64,000 bases of DNA from the human T2T-CHM13v2.0 reference genome, Homo sapiens. Location of the stretch: the NCBI RefSeq assembly GCF_009914755.1, contig NC_060942.1; one strand, given 5' to 3'. How positions within the stretch are numbered: position 1 is the stretch's first letter; the number at the start of each line of letters is the position of its first letter. The position numbers were made by a program, and so were the translations under genes. Under the pieces are notes generated by a model. That model was not told the DNA's origin. It searched no databases and saw only the letters and a list, made by a program, of their open reading frames with translations. Positions 1 to 16,363 of this stretch are shown here, piece by piece.

Positions 1-146
1 ACTACGCCCAGCTAATTTTTGTATTTCTAGTAGAGACGGGGTTTCACCGTGTTAGCCAGGATGGTCTCGATCTCCTGACCTCGTGATCTGCCCGCCTCGG
101 CCTCCCAAAGTGCTGGGATTACAGGCATGAGCCACCGCGCCCGGCC
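1..146 (-). mobile_element. Alu (AluY-like), left part, cut by the window edge
   Basis: Reverse complement of the Alu 5' end (GGCCGGGCGCGGTGGCTCA) ends at ~146; Y/Sc-type segment ccgtgttagccaggatggtctcgatctcc. Confidence 0.9.
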
Positions 147-2116
147 TCCACAAACCTTTTAAGTCTACAATTTTACATAGTTTTCCATCAGGGAGGCAAG
201 ATATATATAATTTCTTTTTATATTTAACTAAAGGTTTTAAGAGGGCTTAGTCTGTAAATCAGTAACAATTAGTCATAACACCATACAAACACATTTAAAT
301 ATTCAGGAAAGAGGTTTTTAAGATTATTGCTTAGTCTTATAAAATGGTGAATTTTAATCAAATTGATACCTCTGTATTCTTATTTATGTTTCCTATACTC
401 TTACATCATACTGCTTGGCAAGTAATGTAAGTTTTGACATAATTTAAAAATTCAAGTAGTTGTAAACAAATCCTAATTTGTTAACAATTCATATATTCCC
501 CTTTACTTACTATACTACCTCAGAATTAATCCTCCTTAAAAAAGCAATCATCCCACATAGAAAAAACTGCAGAGCTTCATCTCTTCCTTAAATATTTTCA
601 AGTACCGTAAGAACACAAATCCATGAAAAAAACTGATTAAAATTGGACATTTCATTAAAATTGGACATTCACAATTAGCTTTACTAATTATGGAATAATA
701 CAAAGACATAAAAAAAGTTCCTTAATATTTCTTTGCTTAACAGAGAAATACAAAGAAATACTGCAATTATGGTTATGGGCTATTTTTCAGCCTCTTCAAG
801 TACAGGACACAACTATGGTTCCTACCAGTAGGGAGAAACGAATAATCAATCTTACATAACACGAAAGAAAGATGAGAGGCACAAAAAGATAAACTGACTT
901 TGGCTTTTAAGAACCTAATGTTAACCCTGAAATGCCACATTCAGTAACACAACAACAAAACAAAAGATGACAGCAGCAAGCCACCACTTCACACAGTATT
1001 AAAAATTCTGAAATACGTAATAGCCTTCCTCCCATCTCCCACTCAATCTGCTGTGTCGTCTTTTTGTTTTTCCTGCTTTTTAGCTGCAGGCAGTTCAAGG
1101 CTTGCCCACTGCATCGGTTCAGCTTTTCTCATAGTGATTTCAATCTTTGTTGCAGTCATAGTTAATAACTTCGCTTTACATCAATCACACCCCATAATTT
1201 CACATTTTGATCAAATTCCTTCTCTCCTTCAAATACAATATGCGCATCTAACAATGTGCTATTTGCTTCTACTCGACTAAGTTCTGGAAGTGAATTTTTA
1301 GCCTATACTGAAATGGTAACTTCACCTCCAGTCTGATGCCAGTCATGTCTACATGGAACAACTTTTTTCCCAGCATCTTTTTTAGTCCACATGTTTCTCT
1401 TTTGTACAGCCCTCTTGGTCTAAGAATGTATTAAAATCAGAAGTTTTTCTTCTACAACAGCTCCAGTATTTCGTCCCCTCATGGAAAATAGGTACTCCAG
1501 AATGATATACACAGACTTCTTCTAGACTCTCTAGACCCCGATATGTCTTTGAACACCCTCCATTCTTACATGAGGTCCCAATCTTAATTTCATCATTGTC
1601 TTCTTTTCTTATTTTCTTCATTCCCTGATGACAGTTTAAGTTTATCAAGTGCTTGTTTTAGGGAGGCAGATATTTTTAATTCCAAATTTGTCATTGGTTC
1701 ATCTGGGCTTGGTCTTTTTATCGCGTCTACTGTCTTAGGGGCTTGAATGTGTTCCTGAAATTTTGGTTTTAATTCAGATAGTTCCTTCTTCTCAGTAGTC
1801 TTGACCTCAGGTTTGACTGGCTCAGGTGGCTTCTCACTATTATGTCTACCTTTTGTACAGCCTACAATGCTTAAGAAATCAGAAAAATCAGTTGTTCTTC
1901 TCTTACAGCAAGACCAACCCTTTAATGCATCGTGAAAGACTGGAACGCCTGGGTGATATGTGCAAGCATCGTCGGAATTGGTCTCAGGATCGAAGCGCTG
2001 ACCGCAGCTCCGGTTGTAGCACAGCAAGGCCATTTTTTTTCCCACTGTCACAGGCAAGGCCCAAACACCGGGAACAGCAAGAGGATGCGTTAGCCAATCC
2101 CGTGTTGCTAGCACCA
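147..2116 (-). pseudogene. CHORDC1P4: Processed pseudogene of CHORDC1 (CHP-1/morgana): 5'UTR, CDS homology 2033..1043 and probable 3'UTR
   Basis: Intronless translation [43 protein letters not shown] (CHORD-I), CKNGGC...[16 protein letters not shown] (CHORD-II) and CS-domain end ...[10 protein letters not shown] (TGA 1045-1043). Frameshifts near 1600 and 1390. The left boundary is uncertain and the pseudogene number is from memory of the locus. Confidence 0.93.
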
Positions 2117-4311
2117 GTCTCCATACCTCAGTTTTTTAAAGTGAGAAAAAAATCAATTGAATGCCAAAATAAATAGCCTGAATTATTTATGTGGGATAAA
2201 TTATAGGTGCAACATGAATTTTAAACTATTCACTGGTAGTATGGAACAGATAAGTGGGGCTGCTAACCACCATAACCAAAGACCACTAACTCTGTTAACA
2301 ACGTCTAGCAGCAACCTTAGCACAGTACGAGTCAACGAATTTCAGCGTGGCTAATGATCTCAGCTGGCATTTGGATACAGAGCATTTCCCGTAAGACATA
2401 TGGAGCCCTGCAATACTTCTCTCTGTGTTCTGTGTCAGAAACGAAGGAGAGAAAAGGCAGGGAGCATCTGTAAGATCCATGTCACCCTGAGTGTCTACAC
2501 TCACCCCAGAAGAACATGGAGGGTTCTCTAGAAGCCAATTACCGATCAGGAGATGAAGTATGCAGATCATCAGAGCAGTAGGTGCTATCTGTGAAAAGTC
2601 TTAGGCTCCCTGGATTTAGCTCCCAGATATCACTTTTAAGTAAGTCTGCTTTAGTGGATTAAAAGTTGAGACTCCTTTCTGATGGTGTGATATTGAGCCT
2701 CCATTTTTGCTATTGCTGGGTATTTGAAATATTTCCATCGGTGGCATGTTTCATATATTTGCACTCAAGATTATGCTAGAACACCATCCAATATGCAGAG
2801 TCTCTTCCCTCCAAAAGGCTACATATGCCTAGGTGCAATGTTTTTAATCTCTCTCTCACACAAAGACATCCATCCATCCTCTAGAAGGACAAACAAGGCT
2901 TCTATGTTATATTTAAGCCCAACGCCCATCTTTAGGAAGGGAGGGAGACTTACTAGGTACAGTTTTTTAAAGCCGTGTATAGTTTAAAGCTCTCCGATTT
3001 CCAGAAATGAGTTTCTTCCAGCTGTGCTATAGCAATCTGCTTTAAAGAATGATTCCCTCTTCCATCTGCCTCCTTCAAGGAGCCTCAATTAACCTTAATT
3101 CTATTATCAACAAAATTCTTGAAAAGTAAAGAATTTAAACGAAATGCCATTTGTCAAAACAAAACAGAAACCTATTTTATGCATTTATCTTCTCTGGAAA
3201 AATAATTTCTTTTCTAAGTGGTAGGAGCTGAGGAGAATATGCTATAGGAAAGCTGCAAATTCCGCAACGCCACGTAATTCCTAGTCCTCACAACTGCAAA
3301 AGCAATTGATTTCCTTTTCTTTTTCTCTTAGATTTTGAACACGTTGTTTCATATGCTGTTAATGACCGTAAATAGCTTCCCTCAAATAATGTCAGAGTCT
3401 AGGTGCTGAGCTGAAAGGGGCCTTTTAAAGGCCCCTTCGACCCTCTCACTTTATAGATTAAGAAACCAACGCCCTGAGCGATGAAGAGGCTACTGTTCTA
3501 CAATCTATAATGGGCCCAGTCTGTCTACCTTTTAGCTCAGTGCTTATTTCAGAAAACAACCTGAATTTTCACAGATGTTTACATTTTGTTTTCTTTTTTT
3601 AAAGTCCTAATTTCTGTTGGCTATATTATTTAAGCAGATTCTATTTTAAGGAAATTTCATGGAAGAGCTCCTCCAGGTGGCAGCATCAATTATTCCATGG
3701 TAACCTAAAGAAAAAGCAAAACACCAACCTCCTGAAAACGACTGCAAGGCCCTAGCTTACGTGTGTTGTGACATGCCTGCTTACCAAGCCAGCAAGCTGC
3801 TGGCTTAGAGATAGGCTGGCAGCCATTCATACCTGTCAAACACATCAGTACACAGTGGATACAGCCTTTCACACCATCAGGAAAAACAAGGTATGTACTA
3901 ATATTTCTGCAATTGGCTTACAACATTCGTTTGCAAATTCCTTTAGAATAATGATTCTTGTACAATTTAGTAGGGAACTTGGCATATGTTTTAGAAATTG
4001 TTTTAATTTCCCAAGCTGTAGGTTGTTCAGGAATTCTAAATGTTGCTCTATTATGTCTGACAAAGGACACAGGTCAACAAAATTCTAAGACAAAAGCATT
4101 ACTTCAGTGCTCTTTTTGGTAGATCTTGGAAGAATTTTAGTTGGTAAAAATATTTTCAGGAACGAAGCACTTCTGGGAGCATTACAAGGCTGATCCTAAT
4201 AAAACTTAAGATGTGTAAGCATTTCAAGTTTTTCTCAAAAGAATACGTTTCTTGCCCACCTACACATTTTAGTATGCATAAGACAAAACTTTTAAAGGAA
4301 ATTGTTTATAA

Positions 4312-4660
<349 letters not shown>

Positions 4661-5314
4661 TTATTCTCCTAGTGAAGAGAAGGACAAATAACCTTTAAAA
4701 GACTGAATGAAGGAAGGAAAAGGACAGGAAGAGTCTCTTTTTAAGAAATTCTGGTACTTTTTATCAGCTTAAATTTCTTTGGGAATCAATGATATTTAAA
4801 AGTAGAGTTCAGAACATTTATGATGAAACTCTTCTCAGCTAGTATTTTGACACTGACAAAAAAAATTACCTAAATTTATTGATTCATTCAGGATTTTAAA
4901 ATTTTGTAAATATAGTGTACTCTGGTTTGTAGAGCTTAACATACTTTTCCACTATTGCTTTCCATCTTTTGTTGTTTAGTTCTATTGGAGAAATTCTGCA
5001 TTCTATCAGAACTGAAATCAAAGTGTTACATATTCAGCGTGGGAGGAGTAAGACAGAACACCACAGACATGACAGCTAGTGAGCAATAAAACAAGAGGAG
5101 TAGAAAAAAATTTCATGTATTAAAAATGGCTATGTTACTTATAATATCGAATTGTAAAAAATTACTATCAAATATAGATGTTTAATTCTAAGATTTAAAA
5201 TCTAGATTTCAAAATTTTAGAAAATGAATTGTTTTACAAAAAAGGATTATACTATGTTATTCATTAATGCAGTATAATTATAATATACTAATACTACATT
5301 AATTAACACTTTTT

Positions 5315-5620
<306 letters not shown>

Positions 5621-6550
5621 AGCATATTTTTTTCCTGGTTTGACCATTTAAAACAAAAGATTGGCAAATAAAACACATACCAGATTGAGCTAGGGTTTAC
5701 TCTTGATATATATTTGGTTTCCATAGCTAGTGAAAGAAATTATTTCCCTCTATTCTAGGATGAAAAACACTTGAACATCACTGTTTTCCAGGAAGTAGGG
5801 TGTGACCTCTTTTCGACAGATGGGGTGAAAACACACAAGTGGACCAGCAGCTCCCGCCACAAATAAAGAGTCTGGAAATGCAGGGCCACTCATGGGCAGC
5901 AGCTTCTTGTCCAGTCGTCACCAATAAAGAGAATCCCCACCACGGTCCTAGTGCCAAGGTGGCCACTGAGTGCAACAGGTGGAAGAAAACGGAATCTTGA
6001 ATAAGAAAACGTGTTCTACTCCCAACTGCTACCTTTCAACCCCAAGCGGTGCTGACATGAAAAATGGCATATAATGAGCTGTTCTACAGAGCAGGTAAAT
6101 AAGCAGCGATCAAGACTGCTCATGTAAAAAAATAAAAATCATTCCTTTTCAATTCCAATAAAACAAAACTCAACTCCTCAGGAAAAACATACCAAGCCTA
6201 AGGCCACTGGGTAGGGAAATCCCAGAGATGACATGGTGTCCAACTGGATCTGCTCACCGAGGGGCAAATCACTAATTCAGATCTTTTGACTTAGAACTTA
6301 TTTGGCTCCTGGAAACTTCTTTATGAAAAGAAACACAACCAGTCTGCTACAAATGACATTTCAGTAGCATATTTATAGAATAGTTGAAAGGAACAAAGAA
6401 ACTGCCTTTGCTGCTTGATTCCACAATAAACTGTAAAGGGGGAAAACAAGCCCAAACCTCACACTGTGTATCCATAAAAAAACTGGCAGCTCCTGGCTTC
6501 ACATGAACTCTAGGTACCCGCACAAGACCCTTCCCAGGCTGAGAGTCCTA

Positions 6551-6904
<354 letters not shown>

Positions 6905-7640
6905 TTAAAGCAGTAATATTTTGAATATATAAATTTTCACCATGGTAAAAAAAAAAAAATACATATTCCCTAAAGGCAAGAAAGTCCCACTGAACTAAGG
7001 CACTGCCTACTATACTCTGACGAGGTCTTTCCCCTGTGAGGCAGCTAAGTACCAGCCCACTTGGGTACATGTAACTGAGTCCATCTGAAGGAACTGACAT
7101 GCCAAGTCAGCATGGAACACCCCAAAGCCATAATTAAAGCTAAGCCTATTAAATTCTTCACAAAGCAAAGATCAAAGCAGCAACAAAAATCTCAGGAGGT
7201 GTTACAAAGGACTCTCTCAAGAACTCACACAGAACATTCAGAACAGGAAAAAGCAGAAGGCAGAGATTAAGGACACTACATCAGACAAAGGGCAGCAGGA
7301 CAGGTGAGTGACGCGAGGATGCAGTGATACAGAGCGGCCAATGCTTATGTTTTGCCAAATTAATTGGAGAAAGGCAATTAGAGACAATACCGTGTAACAA
7401 ATGACATTAGTAAATTTTTAAACCATAAAGCATTTATGTTTAAAAATAAGAAATATTCCTTCCTGTAGGAATTCAAAAGAAGAAAATAAGGCCCAATATT
7501 TAGAAGCAGTCAAACTCCTAATACTAAATAAACGATCAAGTCTGGTGTTCAGTAAATTCATGTCTTAGCCATTTGTTTCATTCCTTTTTGTATCATCAGA
7601 GGAAATGGAAGGTACATAATAGAGATAAAAATTAACTTCA

Positions 7641-7938
7641 GGCAGAACGTGGTGGCTCACGCCTGCAATCCCAGCACTTTGGGAGGCAGAGGCAGGCGGA
7701 TCACCTGAGGTCAGGAGTTTGAGACCAGCCTGGCTAACATGGTGAAACCCTGTCTCTACTAAAAATACAAAATTAGCTGGGCCTGGTGATGCATGCCTGT
7801 AATCCCAGCTACTCAGGAGGCTGAGGCAGAAGAATTGCTTGGACCTGAGGGGGAGGTTGTAGTGAGCCGAGATCATGCCACTGCACTCCAGCCTGGGCAA
7901 CAGAGCGAGACTCCATCTCAAAACAAACAACAAAAAAA
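7641..7938 (+). mobile_element. AluS
   Basis: Full dimer flanked by TSD-like aaaattaac(t/c)tca. Confidence 0.9.
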
Positions 7939-9909
7939 TTAACCTCATATAATTTAAAATACTCAAGCTTTTAAACAATAGTTCTGAAAATGTATAGGTT
8001 TCTGTAATTATTTTTTTATTAAGCTTTTGAACTTAGCTTTGATAAACATATTACCCTGAAGCTAAAGTTTGATTTAGCTAGGAGAAATCTGTGTTCACCA
8101 GAAACACACACTTACAGAGAAATTGTAATAAGATATTCTCAATGTCCAAAAGAAACCCAGATGAGAGGTCGTGGTCTCTGACTTTGAGGATTTTTAATTC
8201 AATGATCTTTATTTTACTTACTGAAAGCTCTTTTTGTTTCTGGTGGTATTTCTTAGTTCTATTATAGCAATGTTTGTAGGATGAAGATAACCTGAACGCC
8301 TACCAGCAAGAAAATGGTTAAACAAACTATGGTATGTCCATACTATGGAATACTGTGCAGCTATTAAAAGCACAGAGTTAGGTTTAGAACTAGACTTGAA
8401 AAGAATGTTGATGACATATAATTAAATGAGAAAAATCTGAGAGAAAAAAAGCAAATAAATGGCAACAAACTGGGTTTTTGGTCATCTTTATCCTACTCTA
8501 AATGACGAACCCCTAGAGGAACAGAGGCATGTTGTATTCATAGCATGTGGCATAGAGTAGTAATTCCAACATTTGTTGGATAAATTAACAATTTTTTATT
8601 TTAAGGAGAAGCATACTACACAAGATAAACTCTGGTCAATGTAGTCATATGTGGAATAGGGAGAAAAAGGCTGGAAAGTTGACATTTTCCAAGTTGTCCT
8701 TGCTGAGCATAATTTTTAGCGGAACTGTCAGAATAAGCCATGAAAACGAGGTTAACATCAATAACCCAGTCCTCTCGCTTACGGTGCCTGCTGATCTAGA
8801 AGTTCAGTGTTATGAATTATAAATAATTTTAAGAAACATACAAAAAGTGGTTTTTTTTTTTGACAGATGTCATTTATTATGTTTCATTCTGCTCTTTGCC
8901 TCTGTCTCTGATAAGGAAAAATGTTGCTTAGGCCAAGTAAATGCAAACAAGGTATTACAAAGATAAGTAATGAAGAAACTAGAAAAAGCACCAGTCTGAT
9001 CAAGCTTCCCCTTCATAAATCATAGTGTTTCAATGCTGCTTTACCTACTGGTACCTAAGTTGTTGGTTTCTCAATCAAAAAATGATAAACAATCTCATTT
9101 TGCTATCGTATTTTTTGGTAATAATTTTCTTTGTAAATTTATTGTATCAAACTGTAAGTTCATCTTCAAAGCCAAAAAAGTAGTCCTGTATCCTTAATAA
9201 CTTGATGCTTATCAGTTTTGCTATTTGAGACTTTATTCTTTATGAAGAATGATGTACTGATGCCTTTGAAAGAATTTTTAAAAAGATTCACATTACGTGA
9301 TCTGAGTTCTTTAGTGAGAATGTAAAATCTATTATTAATAAATAAATAAATAAAAAGATCCACATTGAATCCATCAAGAATCCGTCGTTAACTAGCGTTC
9401 AAATCAGTACATACAGAATGTGTGTGCTGGGGAGGGGGGATTTTAACAAATCATGCTCGTTTGCTAGAAGAAGTCAAACATGTAATCACTTATAAAAGGA
9501 TATAGGCCAATTAATTTAACTCTCTTGAGATCATAATAAATTAATTCACCTGACTACTCAAGGTGAGGGATGTAATATCCCAACCAAAATGGTAAACATG
9601 AGTCCCAGTCCAAAGGGCACATGTGGATAAACACATAGCCAGAAGAGAAATGCCCTACTCAGGCAGAACTGAATGTATTCAAGTCAATATGTGAACCAGA
9701 AGCAACACTAAGTAAGAAAGCTCATTAAAGCTAGAAAGTGATGTGCCTTCCCTTAGAAAAAGTGCAAGTATGTGCATTCAGCATGCTCCCTGCACCCTGA
9801 AACTTTGTATGGAGAAAAATTCCTCATCCCTTCAGTTCCTTTTTGACAGCTTAGTTCTTCAACATGAAACTAAAGCTTGTCTTGCCAACAACAGTCCTCT
9901 GTACAATCA

Positions 9910-10095
<186 letters not shown>

Positions 10096-10666
10096 CTATG
10101 GGAGAAACAAAGTATGACTTAATGTTCAAGGAGTCTTTCCTTCAAGTTAAACTAAACCAGAACTCTGAGTTCTCAAGTCAAACTTAGCATAGTTTTGAGG
10201 TTCCTAGAACTACAGCCTCTGAGAAACACTGCTACTTGCCCCTACCCAACCCCTAAGAAGCCAAATGGAGCTGGCAGAGGGAGAGATGGACAACCAGGAA
10301 TTGAAAGAAAGTGTTTCACCATCTATTTTTACAACATATAAAAATTTTAAAATTATTTTTCAAATTTAAAATGGGGGAAATATTATTGTCAAACATTTGC
10401 ACACTTTCCAAGTTATGGCACAGGCAGGCCTCACCTCACACGGTTCAGATACACACAAGTTTCAGGAACCTCAGTATGTGAGCTGTGAGCAACTGCATCA
10501 AGTACAACTTCACCGACAGCTCTTCTGCCCACAGATCACTACGTAAGTAACAGGTGACAATCAGTGCTGTGATTGGTCACTGATGATGGCGGTTCCATTT
10601 TCCCAAGAACCAGGTGAAACGATGGGATAAGTAATATCATGTCAAAAAAAAATTCAGGTAGACATA

Positions 10667-11544
<878 letters not shown>

Positions 11545-11805
11545 CTAAAGACATATTTTATATGTTACTCCAAACAAACATTGTGCAGTAGTTAATACAT
11601 TCACAGAGATTTGAGTTAGCAATTCTGAAACTATTTTGTGTTTCCTAGGATTGAGTAACTAAGCAGATATACTGACGATAATCAGAACCATGTTTCCTGT
11701 TGAAAGAGAAAAAAATTATAAATAAGGAGGGGGAAAGAAGCCTGCGATGGTGGATGGGAATTGGAGGAACCCGTGTGCCCTCATGATTTTCATATATAGA
11801 TGCAG

Positions 11806-11807
<2 letters not shown>

Positions 11808-11849
<42 letters not shown>
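11808..11849 (+). repeat. (TG)n microsatellite
   Basis: About 21 TG units, lying in degraded L1MC-like sequence. Confidence 0.95.
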
Positions 11850-11851
<2 letters not shown>

Positions 11852-12765
11852 ACGTGCACACATCCACCCATTTCCTGGCTCTGCCAGCTTGGGCTGCCTA
11901 GAAGCAATGATACCTCAGGAGTTACGAGCACGCCTAATAAGCAGATCTTTGTTCGTAAATACTATTCTTCAATAAAAGGAACTGGCGTAAAATAATTAAT
12001 GCCAGAGCTGAGGCAGGGAAAGTAGCTTCTTCTGGAACACCTTCTGGTACCAGGAAGGAAGGGTTCAAAAACTGATGGGAGCATTTCAAAGGAACTCAAC
12101 TTGAAGGACATACACTAACAGTCAAACTGGGACAATCTGAGCAACTAATTTCATTTTTGGAGGCTATCCATTTAAACAGTGTAGCTGGGAAAATAGAAGA
12201 ATGCTTCTTTAACATGCAAATTCAGACTCTAAACTATTCATACACTATCTCAGAAAAATTAACACTTCACAGCCCTTACTTTTAGAGATCAAGTATGACA
12301 TTTCTCAATGTGACTACTTATCATCTTTGTGTGACTTTAAATGGAGTTTGGTCTTTCCAAAAATTAAACCTAACATCAAATTATGCTAATATTGGCAATA
12401 CTTAAAAGAATATGCTGTGAACTCTTCAGGCAACAACAACACAAAGGTTTTAAAAATATTTTGAGAGAACACCAAGTTGGAACAAATTCTTCCCACCAAC
12501 GTGATTATTTTAAAAAGGACACTAATTTGATGTATGAAATTCTAGTAAAACAGTTTTAAAAATAACCCCTCATTTCCATATAGTCTTACTTCTTACACTG
12601 TGGCTTAATTGTGCTGAACATAATATAGGACTAAGATGCTGAAATGAAACTGGTATCTCTGAGAAACAGTCAATGTACTAGACTTTTGAACTAGCTTACC
12701 ACTCTTTGGGTAAGAATATCTCAAATGTCTTTTGGGAGTCTATTCATCCTGTTTCAAATCATATA

Positions 12766-13000
12766 CAAGCTGAGTGTCTCAAATCCAAAAATCTGAAATC
12801 TAAAAATGCTCAAAAATCTGAAACTTCTTGAGCATTTACATGACACTCAAAGATAATGCTCACTGGAGCACTTCAGACGTCAGATTTTCAGATTTGGGAT
12901 GCTCAACCAGTAAGTATAGTGTAAATATTCCAAAAAATGAAAAAAATGAAATCCAAAATGCTCTGGTCCCAAGCATTTCAGATAAGGGATACTCAACCTG
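12766..13000. mobile_element. Tigger4a/MER46A-like DNA transposon relic (235 bp)
   Basis: Degenerate TIRs caagctgagtgtctc / gggatactcaacctg flanked by TA dinucleotides. Confidence 0.8.
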
Positions 13001-13372
13001 TATTTCTGGTGTGGCTTTAGGGAGTAGAGGTGGGCTGTTATCCAAGCCAATAAATATATCTCTTTCCCAGCTACAGAAACTGGTCCCAGAGATATGTCCG
13101 TTCCTTTGACAGGGAGACTAAATACTGATACTTCTGTAGGAAGCTCTCTCTCCACTGGGATTGATGAGTTAACAGATTGTGAGCCTGGAGGTATTGGTGG
13201 CCATTTTACATTAGAGAGAAAACAGAAGTGGAAGCAGAGAGCAGAGGTGGGGAAAGAAAAAGGGAATTCTGACAGCAAGCTTTTTTGCCTAAGCTAGTAG
13301 AGGGTAAATTTCTGTTATCAGCAATGAAAATAGTTTTAATACACTGGGTTATTTAACTTTGATAAATAATCT

Positions 13373-13707
<335 letters not shown>

Positions 13708-15391
13708 TTATAAATAATCAAGTAATCAGCTTTTTCTGATATCAATAAATTTTAAAATATCAGGTACACATTTACCTTCTAAAAGTAAACTCCTAAGTTA
13801 CTAAATTTACTGGGAGTACTGCTGTTCTACCAAACAATTACGTATCAATGGCAGTGGGAAAATTATTATACTACATCTCTCTAAACAGTGGTTTTAAGGT
13901 GGTCATGATTTCAAATTCACTTCATAGGTACACCCGTATTTGAAAATTTGGGGTCTTACTTTCACATCAATGGCCAGCTTTCCCTAACCCAAACTGACTT
14001 AAAATAAGACAAATAGTTAATGCAAATTGCCAGTGTATCTCAAAGTAGGCATGATTTCAGTTTTACTCTCACAGTTTTTCAGTTTTCTCACAGGAAAGCT
14101 GTTTTGGTAAATCAAATGGCCAAATTTCCTCCCAAACATATTCTTTGGGTTTCTGAGATACTAAGGGAGTAGGAGGAAAAAAATTCTCTTTTCCTGTGTC
14201 TCATGAGTACATTCCTATTAAAAATGCAACGTTTTGACAAGATAGTAACACAACGATTGTGTAGCTTTTGCACAGGAATTGTATTATTTCCTAAATTAGA
14301 GGCACACAGCAAGCAGGAAAAGGTGTTTTATCTACTTGGTCACCATTTACAGATGCATACATGCTTATAAATACATCTGCCTTCAGGTTCCATTTTGAAA
14401 GGCCAGACACTGATCCAATGTGATAAAAAACAATCTCAGCAAAAAAAAAAAATAATGATGATGATACCTTATCAGCAGTTTTACAATAGATCCATACACA
14501 ACTAATGGGAAATTTCAGTTTGTTGCCAATTCCCCCAGAACAGGTCCAGTCTGAAAGTACTATTGGTGTTACCACAAAGAAAGAAAAAATTTCAGAGAAC
14601 CTAAACTATGGCTAAATAACACTGTTTTGCAATGGAAAGTTTCTAAGTCCCTAAGTAAACTGCAACTGCTTTTGCTTTCTAAAGGGTGACTCTGAACAGA
14701 GGCCAGACCACACAAGCCCTGCTACCCTGAAATGTGGTTCTCCAGTGGAAACTGATTTTGTAATACCTAGAAATGAGATGTTTTTCCTGGAGGAAAAAAA
14801 GAAAAAGAATATCTAGTTTTGTGAAATCCATTTTCTTTCACTCTCAAAATAACATTTAAGTTTAATTAAATAGAGGGAAATTTCTATTTAAAGCTCAGCT
14901 ATATAAAATAGCAAAAAGCTGAAAATAAATGTTTTCGACTTACACCAGTGGTCCTCTACCACATACTTTTAGGTCTGTGCCAGAAAATGGTGAGGCTCTT
15001 TTGTTGTGCTTTAAAATGTTGACAAAGCCTTTCTATGTTATTTAAGTAGATACTGCGAGGCAAGAATAGAAAGAGAAATCTGTGTACCTGCCAAGTGTTA
15101 TTACTAGCTCTGTTTTCTAATTTGATTGACATCAGATATACTAGCAAAACTTCCAGCTGCTCCATAACCTGAAGAGGATAAGAAAAACCTACACAAATAT
15201 CTTCTTCCTGAATGAATCTTCCCTAAAACAAACAAAAGTCAACCAGCCTATGGTCTGTTGGTTAGCATTTCAGTCAAATATGGGGACAAGTCCTGGTATC
15301 AACAACAGAATTTAGATTACAAAAGTTTTTACAGCTTTGTCAAAACAAACAAAATGTGGCATTAATTAATTTCCTTTAAAAAAAAAAATAT

Positions 15392-15749
<358 letters not shown>

Positions 15750-16077
15750 CTATTCCATTTACAATTAGTATGAAGGTATTAGCCTAAGTATTTAAAAATA
15801 CTATATAAGGTAAAGGAAATTTTTCTTTTTCTAAATATGTCTAAGTTCCCCCATCTAGTTTCTGTTTTGCTTTTCTGAGTTGCAACATGTAAGATTATTA
15901 TAATAATTTTCAGTTTCCCTTTCCCTTGAAGAGACTTCTGCAGTCGAGCTTTGTGGTTTTCAAAGTAACTTCAAAAGCAATACATAAAGGTTGACTTCTC
16001 GTAACATTGTCTCAACATCATTCAGGTTAAAAAAAAAAAAAGGCCTAGAAAACTCACAATAGCGATTTATTCATAGA

Positions 16078-16363
<286 letters not shown>

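Noticed and set aside
637-672. Short direct repeat ttaaaattggacatt(t)ca twice
   Set aside because: Simple slippage-type duplication in the probable pseudogene 3'UTR; two units, no spacer, not an array.
1826-2176. 116-aa plus-strand ORF
   Set aside because: Antisense shadow of the CHORDC1 retrocopy.
7565-7978. 137-aa ORF and the many similar [19 protein letters not shown] ORFs across the window
   Set aside because: These are translations of Alu sequence.
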